A DNA stretch of 64,000 nucleotides, from NCBI GenBank assembly GCA_038087875.1, contig JAXLNO010004041.1, forward strand, positions 1 to 64,000, given 5' to 3'. The stretch is from Malacoraja senta (lineage: Eukaryota). Within the stretch, counting starts at the first letter, position 1; each line of letters begins with the position of its first letter. The translations under genes and the position numbers were made by a program. Positions 47,424-59,939 of this stretch are shown here, in pieces. The notes beneath the pieces are model-generated. The model saw only the letters and a list, made by a program, of their open reading frames with translations. It had not been told where the DNA came from and did no database searches.

Positions 47424-48894
47424 AGCAACTTTGCTTTGAGAACAGTCCAACATGTATAGCAGACCTTGTTCATGTCCACAGTTACAGTCATGGAACCATA
47501 AAGCACGGAAACAGGCCCTTCGGCCCACGTTGCCCATGCCAGCCAAGGTGCGCCAGCAACTCTATCCCTATCTGCCCATGTTTGGTCCATATACCTCTAA
47601 ACATTTCCTGTCCACGTACCTATCCAAATGTCTTTTAAAATTTCTGCCTAACTACCCCCTCTGGCAGCTCATTTCATAACCACCACCTGCTGTCGGAAAA
47701 AGTTGCCCCTCAAATTGCTATTAAATCTTTCCCATCTCACCTTAAACCTATCTCCTCTGGTTCTTGATTCCACTACTCTGGGTAAAAGACTGTGCCTCTT
47801 CACTTCCTGAAGCCCATCACAATCTCCTTTGTTTGCAGTCAAACACAAGAAACTCCAAATGCTGGGATGTTGAGGAAAACAGAAAGCGCTGTAGAAACTC
47901 AGACGGTCAGGTTGCCGCTGTGGAGGGAAATGGAACAGGTGGCGTTTGGGGTCGGACACAAGGAAGTACAGCGGAATCCTGAACAAAACACAATGTGCTG
48001 GAGTAACTCAGCGGATCAGGCAGCACCTGTGGAGGGAATGGACACAAATAACTTCAGATGCTGTAATCCTAAGCATGAGTTTCTACTTGAAGCGTTGCCT
48101 GTCCATTTCCCTCCACAGATGCTGACTGACCCGCTGAGTTCCTCCTGTATTCATTTCATAAGTAATTGGAGCAGAATTAGGCCATTCAGCCCATTAAGTC
48201 TACGCCACCTTTCAATCATGGCTGATCTATATCTGCCTCCTAACACCATTCTACTGTCTTCACCCCATAACCCCTGACAGCCTTACTAATCAAGAATCTA
48301 TCAATCTCTGTCTTACAATATCCACTGACTTGGCCTCCACAGCCTTATGTGGCAAATAATTCCACAGATTTACCACCCTCTGACTAAAGACTTCTCATCT
48401 CCTTCCTAAAAGAACGTCCTTTAATTCTGAGGCTATGATCTCTTCTGTCGTGGGGTAGACTGAGAATAACTGTCCACTCCCCCCTCCCCAATATTTACAC
48501 ATCACCAATCCTTTCCACTCGTCACTTTAATTTCATGTTTCATATATTTTGTGTTTTTATGACTGTGGGCAGATCAATTTCCTTCCACGGATGAATAAAA
48601 TTCTATCGTATCTTATCGTTCATCCCATCTTCTAGCACTGGGTTCATAGCTCAGCAATTCAAGTACATATTTAGCCAGTTTAAATGTGGTCAGTGTGTCT
48701 GTCTCCATCACACTCTGCCGGCAATGATTTCCAGACCCCTCCTACCTCTGTGTGGAAAATATTTCAATCTCTCCTCCAAATCCTACCGATCACATCCAAT
48801 CTTTCATTTTGTTTTTGACTGATCTGTTAAGGTCTTCCCTATTTACTCTGTTCAGGTCACTTATTAAACCAACCCTCAGCTTCCTGCTTTCCTA

Positions 48895-49065
48895 AGAGAT
48901 TTGCTGCCTTACAGCTCCCAAGACCCAAGTTTGATTCCGACTATGGGAGTTGTCTGTATGGAGTTTGTACGCTCTCCCAATGACCGCATGGGTTTTCTCC
49001 GAGATTTTCGGTTTCCTCCCACACTCCAAAGTCGTAAAAGTTTGCACGTTACGGCTGGTTTTAGT
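48895..49065 (+). mobile_element. SINE 5' part split by the DIRS element (3' part 54026-54105)
   Basis: Head and core end at ...GGCTGGTTTTAGT; the SINE resumes as TGTAAATTGTCTCTAGTG...CTCTAAAC after 54025. Confidence 0.85.
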
Positions 49066-49295
49066 GTAAAATAGTAAGATTAAACGAGAACTTACCAAGT
49101 TTGAAGTTTGATCTTTATTTTATGAGGAGTAACGTTGAGGGATTACGTGAAGAAGCCCCGTCCAGCCGCACACGCGTCAATCTTTCAAAGCAGCGGAGTG
49201 ACAATCACAGACGATAATTACTGAAGTATGATAGTAAGATGCATAAAGACTTAGAACTACCAGCTTGATCCTTTTATGAGGGTGGGAGCGGAGGG

Positions 49296-49409
49296 CACGT
49301 AATCCCTCAACGTTACTCCTCATAAAATAAAGTTCAAACTTCAAACTTGGTAAGTTCTCGTTTAATCTTACTATTTTACTTCGGAGTCACGTGAGTGACT
49401 ACGTGAAGA
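49296..49409. repeat. DIRS internal complementary region (ICR)
   Basis: 49296-49379 = rc of 49066-49149 (83/84). 49373-49409 = rc of 53989-54025 (37/37). The halves are joined through ATTTTAC. Confidence 0.95.
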
Positions 49410-49599
49410 TTTCAAAGCTCTGTGATTTCACACCGTGGATTCAAATCCAGGTGTTCACTGCATCGATTGACTCTATTTGAGTAAGCACAATCAACAATGC
49501 ATAACCACAACATTTGAATGTAATCAGTTAATGGTTTTATTTATTTAAATAAAAATAACACAAATTAGGCCCATTTATAATGGGGGATTTAATACTGTC

Positions 49600-50509
49600 T
49601 CCAGCACGGCATCACCAAACCCTCTGAGATCTTTAATCTCCTTGTGGTAATACTTGTGAAACATCTGTTCACTTGCCCATCCTGCGGCCGCGAGAATACG
49701 GTCTATTGGCACGCTGAATCCCTGGCCGCTGATGTTGATGCCGCCCTCGAGGAATGAGCTTTAAATTTATCAGTATCAATACCTGAATATCTCAACACCT
49801 GTTTCAACCATCGTGAAATTGTTTGTGTTGATACTTTCTTATGAGGCTTTTTATGACTAATAAAAAATGCCAATTCGGCGCCTCTTCAAACTTTTGTTGT
49901 TCCTATGTAACATTTCACATATGTTACTACACACAGTCATGAATCTGTAGGATATGCTAAAATTTCCAACTTGCATCCTGTGGACCCAGGTCTACTTTGC
50001 TTCAGTAAATCATAGACATAGAATGTCACGGCATTTTGCCCTACTTTCATTCTATCAATTCTGAGTTTCTGTAATGTTTGAACTCTCTGCGCTGAAACTA
50101 ATGCCATGAGCATAACCAATTTCATGGTAATTTTGGATAATGACAGGGTTTCAACTGGATTCCAACTCCTTAGGAACATCAGTACATCTTTTACATTCCA
50201 AATTTCTGTATACCTGGTTCTGGGAGGATTAGAGTTGATAATTCCTTTCATAAACCTACAGACCCAAGGATGTGCTCCAATTGGAGTTTGTTCTGATTCA
50301 CTGCTTAAATATGCAGAGAGTGCACTTCGTGCAGTATTAATTGCACTAAAACTTAATTTCAACTCATAGTGTAGAGTTGAAAGAAACTCTATTACATCTG
50401 AAATTTCTACTGTGTTATATGCAATATTCTTTCCTGAACAAAACACCTCCCATTTCTTTATATAGGAAATGTACTGCTTCTGGGTACTATTCCTCCAGGC
50501 TGCTGTCAT
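49600..50509 (-). pseudogene. DIRS tyrosine recombinase, frameshifted
   Basis: AAWRNSTQKQY (SAM-like), LMALVSAQRVQTL (catalytic R), FKAHSSRAASTS (HxxR), GWASEQMFHKYY (catalytic Y). Confidence 0.88.
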
Positions 50510-50551
50510 AACATCTGTCTGTCTGATAATCCTTTTCCAAGATATGCCTTC

Positions 50552-52300
50552 TTAGAATCTGCAAATCAACAAACCAATACGATTATGTAAAGCATGTGAT
50601 TCATTAATCACAGGGTGTACAAGCAGTTTAATCTGCTTTGGAATAACCATAAGGGTTTTTTTGATCATTTTTAACACCAGTGGGTACCATACCTGTGTAG
50701 GCCAATCTGGTACTACCAAAATCCCTGAGGCTGAATCTTGATTAATTTTCTGTATGCATTTGTGGATTAAACAAAATGGTGGAAAAGCATACAGAAACAT
50801 ACCACCCCAATGTAGCGAGAAAGCATGACACATACTTAGTCAACTGGTGGTTCAATCTTGATGCAACCAGATCAATTTCTGGCATTCCAAATTGTGTGAT
50901 AATTTGTGTGAACATTTTCCGATTTAACATCCATTCTGTATTATCATTAAATTTACGTGATCTTTTGTCTGCAATTGTATTCATTTTTACCTGGTAAATA
51001 TATTGCTGACAGCCAAATTTTTCTGGCAATACCCCAGGTCCAAATTTCATTTGCCAATTTATCACATGATTCTGATTTTATACCACCCATGTGATTTATG
51101 TATGCTACAGCTGTAGTATTGTCAACCTGTACCTGAACATGCACAGTTCCCATATCAGTGCAATAAGCTCTAAGGCCGTAAAATGCGCCTAATAGCTCTA
51201 GATAACTGATTCCCAGATTTTCCAGCAAAGGTACTTCATTCACATTCCACCTACCTCTACAGCTGGAAATCATGTTAGTAGCGCCCAACTCAGCACACTT
51301 ACATCAGTCTGTAGATTGACGGAAGGTGTTTCTACCAGAACTTTTCTGGAAGCACTAGAAACATTGTTAATCCACCATTCTATTTCTGTAATGGATTGAA
51401 TTTTTAATTTCATGGGCCTATCAAAATGCCCTCTATTCATTTTTAACGCTTGTACCTTAGCTCTCTGTAAACATTGATAATGCAATGGACCAAACGTGAC
51501 CGCTGGAAACCCTGCAATTAATTTGCCTAGCAAGCTTGCCACTTCTCTAATTAAAGGTGTGTCCTCGTTAATGGGTTTTATGCAACCTTCAATTAACTGC
51601 AGCTTTTTATCTTTTGGCAAAGTGATTACCATGTGTTCGGAGTTAATTGTGAACCCTAGGTAATCAATCTTTTTGCTTGGTAACAATTTAGATTTTTGTA
51701 GGTGAATAATGAAACTTAATTTCTCAAAATGTATTTGACTCTGGATACTGACAATTTTGCAGCAGCCAAAGTGTCCCCTACAATGAGGATATCATCTAAA
51801 TAAGCCATTAATACATGGCCCTCAGCTCTTAACAGAGCTAAAATTTGGTTTGAGCAATTTAGTGAATAATCTTGGTCTGAAATCAGACCATTGGGCAATG
51901 CTTTAAATTGCCATAACTGACTCATCCATCTAAATTTCAAATATCTTTGATCATTACCATGCATTGCCACAGAATAATATGCATTGTGCAGATCTATGCT
52001 TGCCTTGTAGCAATTCTTTGTGACTAGCTAAATGGCATTAGTAAATGTTTCCATTTTGAAATGTTTCTATTGTACATAAAGGTTAAGATTTGTCAGATTG
52101 GAAATGATTCTATGTCCACCATCCTTTTTCTAGGATAATATTCCAAGGAGAATATTTGACACAAACTGATGGTGTTGTTCTCCTGACATTTATATCATGC
52201 TTTTCTGCATAAAGTTTTTCAATTCTCCTTTGATCAACCCATTCTCTTCCTTTGAGAAAAATCCGTGACCAGTTTGAATTATGCTGAATTGGAGGATCAA
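50552..52300 (-). pseudogene. DIRS RT / RNase H / methyltransferase-like region, multiply disrupted
   Basis: RYLKFRW...FKALPNGL, AYLDDIL, YLGFTI, ISYLELL, VDNTTAVAYINHMGG, EIDLVASRLN, LYAFPPF, LVVPDWPTQVWYP are spread over several frames. Confidence 0.9.
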
Positions 52301-55300
52301 AACGTGGAGAGAACTCAATTTTGAATCTTACAATGCTACATAGAATAAATGAATCATTTGTTATTGATTGCCATTCTTTTGGGAAGAATCGTAACCTTCC
52401 CCCTATTTGTGAGTGTGAAACATTTGTTGTGTTTCTTACCAGACCAAGCCCCCTAACCTCGGGGTTTGCCACCGGCAGTTGTTGTCCCCTTCTAGTAGGC
52501 ACATTGTAACCTCCACGTATCCTCGGTGCAGCACGCCAACGTGTATACGAGAATGATAGGATTGTTCCTTCTCCAGCACCACATTTCGCCTGTAGGGATA
52601 CTGCCTTCTCACCGCTCTGCTCAGCATAGGTGATCCTTTAGTTTCTTTGCTAGATTTTCTCCAAAACAGATTTAGGCATTTGTATATTGCATGGTTTGCA
52701 GAGCCTGCATACTTAGGATGGATATTTGGTCTTATTGCATTTTTATGAATACAATTTATTTCAAAGTGCGCACTACACCTTCATCCAAACAACTGACCCC
52801 AGAAATTTCAGCTCTTGTGTAATTTCAATTCTTGTGAGCGTAAACCACTGCTCCAATTTCCCGGGTCTCATATTTTTTGATAGTCTCATCCATGGTTAAT
52901 TCCTGGACTGATGGGAGAGTAGATAATTTATAGTCATAGCTATTTCCTCTCTCAAAGGTTCCCCTGTTACTCTGGGAACAGCAAAGTTTTGTGCCAGCCT
53001 TGGAACATTTTTGGCTCTGATAATGGGCTCTGGTCCTTATTTAAATCATCATCTAAATCTAGATATTCATTTTTATGTTGGGTAATTTCTGGCTCCTCTG
53101 TTTCAGGTAAGTCTCTGCCAGATTCCCCCTGCGCGGGCTCTCTTGTAGGCCCACGGACAGGCAGCCCTGCTTCAGGTGCTGCTGGCGCTGGCTCAATTCT
53201 AGGCCAACGCTTCATTATTTTTACTCTTTATATTTGTCGGTGCTGGCACATTTATCATTGCACGTTTGTGCTGCCTTTGTTCAGGCATTTCTAGTACTGG
53301 CTCTCCAATAGGCCAACACATAACTTGCCTTTTTTCTGGCATTTTGGGCACTGGCTCTCCTGTAGGCCAACCTCTTTAATGTTTCTGCACAGGCACTGAT
53401 GGCTCTCCTGTAAGCCACCCTTGTGCCTGTTCCAAGGCACCTCCTGTGCTATACTTCATTGGCCAACACCGACTTAAATCCTCCTGTGGGGGTTCTTTAC
53501 AAATCATCTGCCCCATAAGGAGTTAAAAAAGTTGTTGACCCTTGCAGTGTAATACTCTTTCCTGCCTGAGGAGGGCATACCTCCGGGTCTTACTCATCCG
53601 AGTCTACAGGTCGGGCCGATTTTTTTTTCTCAGCCTTGCGCCCGCCCGCGGCGGTTTAACGCACATTCGACCACAACGGGAGCTAATGGCTTCGCTGCCA
53701 CTGACTCCCCTGACTGACGCCCGCTACCCTTAGGATCTGGGGTTTTACTACGGTGCGTCCCTGGCCGCCACTCCTTCCCCTTTCTCCATAATAAACTTGT
53801 GTGGAGCTCCACGAACAAGTCTAAACGGGAAGGAAACGCTCCTGTAAGTGAAAAGTAACTCCACTTACCTTCCGACTTTTGTTTTACTTTTGTTTTACTC
53901 ACCGCTGGAGGAGCTCCTGCTCCTCCACACACGGTCATGAACGCTATGCGTCTGATCGATAATGACGCGTGTGAGGCTGGACGGGGCTTCTTCACGTAGT
54001 CACTCACGTGACTCCGAAGTAAAATTGTAAATTGTCTCTAGTGTATGTGTAGGATAGTGTTAATGTGCGGAGATGGCTGTATCTCTAAACAAAAAATAAA
54101 CTAAAGAACCACAGCATATTCAAATATTCCTGACATGGGCAACTGGGTCATCTTGGTCAGCATGAATGAATTGGGCCAAAGGGCCTTTTTCTGTACTGGA
54201 TGACACTATGGCTAATTTACTCAGTCTCTGTAAATCTCACCTGCATCCCCTCCAGTGCCATCATTGCAGGGTCCTGGAGTGTATTATAGAGCAGAGGAAT
54301 CTTGGAGTACAGGTACAGTTCCATGACAGTGGCATCAAATGTATTTAGGGCGGTATAGAAGTCTATTGGTACATTGGGCTTCATCAGACATGGTAGTGAG
54401 AAGTTGTGATATTACGTTACATTTGTACAAGACGTTGGTGAGGCCACAGTTGGAGTATTGTGTTCAGGTTTAGTCATTCTACCGTAACAAGGATGTCATT
54501 AAGGTGGAAAGATTGCAGAGAAGATATACAAGGATGTTGCTAGGACTCAAGAGACTGAGCATAGGGATGTCTGAATAAGGGTCTTGACCCGAAGCATCAC
54601 TTATTCATTTTCTCCAGAGATGCTGCCTGACCCGCGATGTTATTCCAGCTTTTTACGTGTATATTTTGAGCATCGGGAGAGGTGAGACAGGCTAGAACTT
54701 GTTAGAGCACAGGAGGTGGAGGGATCATCTTGTCGAGCTGAATAAATCATGAGGGGAATAGATAGGGTGAATGCCCAGTCTTTTATCCAGGAAAGGGCAA
54801 TCAAGAACCAGAGGGTACAGGTTTAAAGTGAGAGGGACAAGATGTAATAGGAAGCTAAGGGACTTTGAGGGTGGTAGGTATATGAAACAAAATGTCAGAG
54901 GACGTAGTTGAGGCAGATACATGGACTGCTACACAGGCAAATAGGATTAGCTGAGATGGGGCATCATGGTTGGCAAGGATCAGTTTTCACTGTACCTCAG
55001 TACACGTGACAATATACCAAACTAACTATACCAAAGTGTTGGGGCAAGGTACCCGTGTTCCATGCCGTATGACTCTAAGACATATAAAGAGGGTGGCAAA
55101 TCTGAGGAATGTTTTGCCACAGAAGGCTGTGGAGCCCGTCAGTGAATATATTTAAGGCAGAGATAGATAGATTCTTGATTAGTACAGGTTTCAAAGGTTA
55201 TGGGGAGAAGGCAGGAGAATTGGGTTAGGAGGGAGAGATAGAGCAACCATGGCGGAGTAGACTTGATGGGCCGAATGGCCTAATTCTGGACCTATCGCTT

Positions 55301-55647
55301 ATGATCTATGTACTTTGCCTAATGTCTACTGTATCTGCTTGCTGGGCAGGTGTTGGTGGGCCACATGAGGCATTTGGAGCTAGTTCCATGCTGGTGCTCA
55401 TGGCTACACTTGTGATGATCATTGGAGCATTGTAGAGAAGAGGAGAAATGAGGAGAGAGGCCAGGTGTGATTATAGGTGAGTGAGCGCATAGACTCCTTC
55501 ACTAAGACTCGATGACGTGACAAACTCTCTTCTCATTTGTGATCCAATCTCTTCTCATTTCTCCTTTCCAGATGAACATCCGGTCCTAACCCGAATACTG
55601 GATGAATATTTCACCCAACAGCCAACAATACTGTATACCTCATCAAG

Positions 55648-55769
55648 AAGTGTCTCCACCCGAAACGTCACCTATTCCTTTTCTCCAGAGATGTGTCTGA
55701 CCCGCCGAGTTACTCCAGCTGTTTGTGTCTATATTCGGTTTAAACCAGCATTTGCAGTTCCTTCCTATG
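55648..55769 (+). mobile_element. 122-bp hammerhead-bearing unit flanked by a 7-bp TSD CATCAAG
   Basis: CATCAAG at 55641-47 and 55770-76; GAAACGTC is intact. Confidence 0.75.
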
Positions 55770-56094
55770 CATCAAGGTTAGTGTTGCCTCCAGTGTAGTG
55801 ACTGGTTGCTGTGTCTTCTGCTACTTTGCAACAAACTCTTTCAGCAATGTTTCAACTTTTTGTTACATTTCACTCAGAATTTAATTTTGAAGTTTGAGGT
55901 TTACATCTTAGAGTCATACAGCACAGTAACAGGCCCTGCGGCCCATGTCGTCCATTCTGGCCAAGATGTTCCATCTGAACTAGTCCCATTTGCTTGCGTT
56001 TGGCCCTTATCCCTCAGAACCTTTCCCACTGATCTACCTGTCCAAGCGTCATTTATATGCTGAAATGGTACTTGCCTCAACTACCTCTTTTACT

Positions 56095-56390
56095 TAATTT
56101 TAGTCAGAGTGTGAAAACAGGCCCTTCGTCCCACCGAGTCCACGCCGACCAGTGATCACCCCATACACTAGCACTACATACACACTGGGGTCAATTTACA
56201 AAAGCCAATTAATCTACAAACCTGTACGTCTTTATAGTGTGGGAGGAAACCGCAGCACCCGGAGAAAATCCACATGGTCACAGGGAGAATGTACAAACTC
56301 CCTTTAGACATCACCCATAGTCAGGATCGAACTCGGGTATTTATCTGTCGCTGCAAGGCAGCATCTCTATCATTGTGCCACTGTGCTGCC
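56095..56390 (-). mobile_element. HE1/V-SINE-like SINE
   Basis: SINE core and head as in the other copies. Confidence 0.85.
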
Positions 56391-57799
56391 CAGTGCCCAT
56401 ACTCCGGCAGCTTGGTCCATATACCCACCACCCTCTGAGTGAGGAAGGTTCCCACAGGTTTCTATTAAATGTTGCCCCTCACCTTAAACCTAAGTCCACT
56501 GGTTCTTAATTCCCTTTCAAGGACTGCTTGAGATGAGCTGCTCCTCCCCAATTTGGCAACAGCATTGGGAGTATTCCATTGCCGGTATGGTGCGTGTCAG
56601 ACCATTGCTGCCAAATTTGTGTCCACATATACAGTTATATTTGCAGTGGCAGAGAAGACACTCGTTGCTGTTGCTCTGTCAACATCACTGGTTCATAGAG
56701 AGAGAGCAGTCATTTCCTTAGACCATAAGACATAGGTGCAGAATTAGCCATTCAGTTCATTGAATCTGCTCTACCATTCGATCATGGCCAATCTATTTTT
56801 TCCTCACAACCTTCTCCCCGTAACCTTTGACACTCTGACTAATCAAGAACCTATCCATCTTCGCTTTAGAAACACCCACTGGAGTAACTTTTGGGCGCTG
56901 TATGGCGGCAACTCACCCGCTGCGCCACCATTTTGTGTCATTCCTTGGATGCTATCAAGATTCTTCAGTGTTGATGGAGTTGTACTCTCAGCCCCCAGAT
57001 CCCATAGGCTTATCACTTCTACCACTGCTACAAGCTACTAGCAACTACCCCCCACCCCCTTAATCTGATCTAAATCTTCGATAAAAACCTTTCACCAATA
57101 CCCCACCATTTATTACACCCCGCCAAGTTTGACAAAGCTTTCGATTGTTGCTCCCCGGTGTATCTGAAGGGGCTTTCACATGTTCCAGAGTGTGCTATGT
57201 AACAGCTATCGTGGAGATCTACTATGCGTTGAGAGTGCTGCCCATTTGTACGGAATCCTGGTGATTCCTGCAGCAGCAGATTGCGAAGGAGGCTGACTCC
57301 CAACTGGCAGCAGGGAGATAGACCCCACCCTGCTTGACGGCTGGAGTTTTTCATCGTTTTTCATGTAAAATAGACACAAAATGTTGGCGTAACTTTTGGT
57401 TGGCGCAGCGGTAGAGTTGCTGCTTTACAGTGAATGCAGTGCCGGAGACCCGGGTTTAATCCTGACTTCAGGTGCTGTCTGTACAGAGTTTGTATGTTTT
57501 GTATGGGCCTGTTTCCACACTGTATCTCTAAACTAAACTCAACGGGTCAGGTGGCATCTCTGGAGAAATGGAATAGGTGACATTTCGGGGTCCATACCCT
57601 TCTTCAGACTGAGCCACGGGAGAGGGAGAATAGAGGACTAGTTTGCCTCTACCCTGACTCTCAGTCCGTAAAGTGGTCTCGACCCGAAACGTCATCTATT
57701 TATTCCTTTTCTCCAGAATACTGCCTGACTCGGTGGGTTACTGCAGCATTTTGTGTCAATCTTTGGTGTAAACCAGCGCCTGCAATTGTTCCTACACAT

Positions 57800-58663
57800 A
57801 CAGTACAATACAATGTTTGTCTTTTTTTGGACAAATTTGTCATTTGGACCCCGTTGAGGTCCAAACGAAATGTCGTTTCTGCAGCCATACATTACAAAAC
57901 GAAGAAGACCCGAGACACAACACAATTTACACATACATCCATCACAGCGTTGTGATGGAAGGCAAAAAAACGTATCTCTCCACTGCACCCCCCCCCGATG
58001 TCAGAGTCAAAGTCAAAGCCCCCGGCGGGCGATGGTGATTATCCCGCGGCCATTAAAGCCACGCCGGTTAATGCAAGGTCGCGCACCGGGTCTTGGTGTT
58101 AGAGCCCAGGGCGTGCGCTCGCAAAGTCCGGCGGCCATTCCAAGCCGTGCGGGGCGACGATGTAAAGCCCCGCTCCAGGTGCTCTTCAACCCCGCAACTC
58201 GGGCGGGAGAAGTCGCCGCTGCGGAAGCCCCGAAAAGCGGTCTCCCCCCAGGGACCCGCGGGCTTCCTGTGTTGCCGTCCGACAGACCCGCGGTTGTAGC
58301 CTCCGAATCTCGGGGTGTCGGGTAGCAGCAGCGATTGTCTCCACCACAGCTCCACCCGCACCAGACTCGGCCAGCCCCGCGACGGTGAGTAGTCCGCAGC
58401 TCCGCAACCGGAGTCCCAGGTCGTTCCTGCTGGAGGCCGCTCCACGTTGCCCAGCCCCAACGACAACGGAGACCCGACAAAGAAAAGGACGGGTCTCCCA
58501 TGCAGGGGAAAGATTTTAAAGTCCCCCCCACCCCCCCCCCCCCCACACACACATACCCCGACAAAAATAAAATAAAAAACTACATAAAAACGAGACAAAA
58601 ATAATAAAAAGACAGACGGACTGCAGAAGCCGCTGCAAACGAGATTCGCGCCGCCCACCGAAA
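57800..58663 (-). mobile_element. GC-rich non-coding 864-bp retroelement (E2) with 7-bp TSD TACACAT
   Basis: TACACAT at 57793-99 and 58664-70. Same architecture as E1, with a TTGTA/CTGTA tail. Confidence 0.75.
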
Positions 58664-59189
58664 TACACATGTCTTTTTTCAAACTCGTGTACATTAGAAA
58701 TCATTTGACACTGATTAAAAAGTTAAATATGATAAAACCCCAATAATGTGACACCCAATTATTCAGAATGCAGATCTGGTATCTGGCTAGATGTGAGCTG
58801 GGGGTCGAGAATGTAGGTGGAGGGGCTTGACTCTCAAGAATCAAGAGACACAAGTATTTAATAGTCATATGTACATAAAATGGAACAATTAAATCCTTGC
58901 TTGCAGCAGCGTAACAGGCCTGTAAACAGTAATCAAAGGTAACATAATAAACAAAATTAAATTCTAAAAATTGAAAACTCCTCACTATTATTGCGAAGAT
59001 CCTGAAGTCTTTAGTGCACCTGAGACAGTTTGTAGTCCAGTTTATTTGGTGTTTGTTGAGTTCAAGCTGTTGATGGTTGTTGGGATGAAGCTATTCTTGA
59101 ACCTTGAGGTCACGGTTTTCAGACTCTAATACCTTCTTCCTGATGGCAGAAGTGCATTGAGAACATGGGTGAATGCCACATATCCTCCT

Positions 59190-59740
59190 TTACATCAGTT
59201 ATACCAAAGAAGGCTAAGCAACTTTGCCGAACACTTGTGTCTGTCTGCCAAGGTCTGCTGGATCACCCGGTTGCCAGCCATTTTAACTCCCCTTCCCATT
59301 TCCAGACCGAACTTTGTGCCTTGGGCCTCCTCCATTGCCAGAGTGAGGTCAAACGCAAATCGGAGGAACAGCACCTCGTATTCCGCTTGGGTAGTTAACA
59401 AACAAATGATATGAACACTGAATTCTCTAATTTCAATTAATGCTTCCCCAAACCCTTCTCTTTCCTGTGCTCCCCCCATCTCCCCCTTTTGCACAGCCAT
59501 TTCTCCCACCACCTCCCATCTCCATAACCCCGCGCCTTTCCACTCCTTCATACGTTCATCTCCCATCCACGTCCCCTATTTCCCCTTTATCCTCTCTCTT
59601 TCTCCTTTCCCCTGCCCCCATCCACCTACTGTACATCCTTCCCTTCGGCTTTGCGTTGCACTCCTCTTCTTTCTCCTTATTCTTTTGTCCCCTTTTCACC
59701 TCTGGCCTTTGTTACTAACTCCACCCACTCTACCCACCTC
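59190..59740 (+). mobile_element. PLE GIY-YIG C-terminus and 3' UTR
   Basis: HPVASHFNSPSH...LGLLHCQSEVKRKSEEQHLVFRLGS, then a pyrimidine-rich UTR. Confidence 0.85.
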
Positions 59741-59751
59741 ACCTGTACAGG

Positions 59752-59939
59752 TACAACTCCAACTATGTCACTTGCGAATGTGGTTTTGAACCACAAACAA
59801 TAGAACACCTGCTGAAATGCCCACAACTGGAAAACCAATTCACAGCTGCCGATCTCGCTGCCTACAATGAAGATGCCGTGAAGTGTGTTCTGCTCTGGCT
59901 GAACAATATCTAATCATGTGATGTGGACTCGATAAGAAG
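59752..59939 (+). mobile_element. 5'-truncated non-LTR retrotransposon end (CxC...H...C zinc finger; clade uncertain), 11-bp TSD
   Basis: YNSNYVTCECGFEPQTIEHLLKCP...VLLWLNNI-stop, AAGAAG-type tail, ACCTGTACAGG at 59741-51 and 59940-50. Confidence 0.75.

Larger units (their letters stand above)
49066..54025 (-). mobile_element. Full-length DIRS1-like tyrosine-recombinase retrotransposon (4960 bp)
   Basis: Inverted terminal repeats and internal complementary region. GTAAAAT at both ends. Domain order on -: gag-like, RT, RNase H, methyltransferase-like, SAM-like, YR. Confidence 0.95.
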
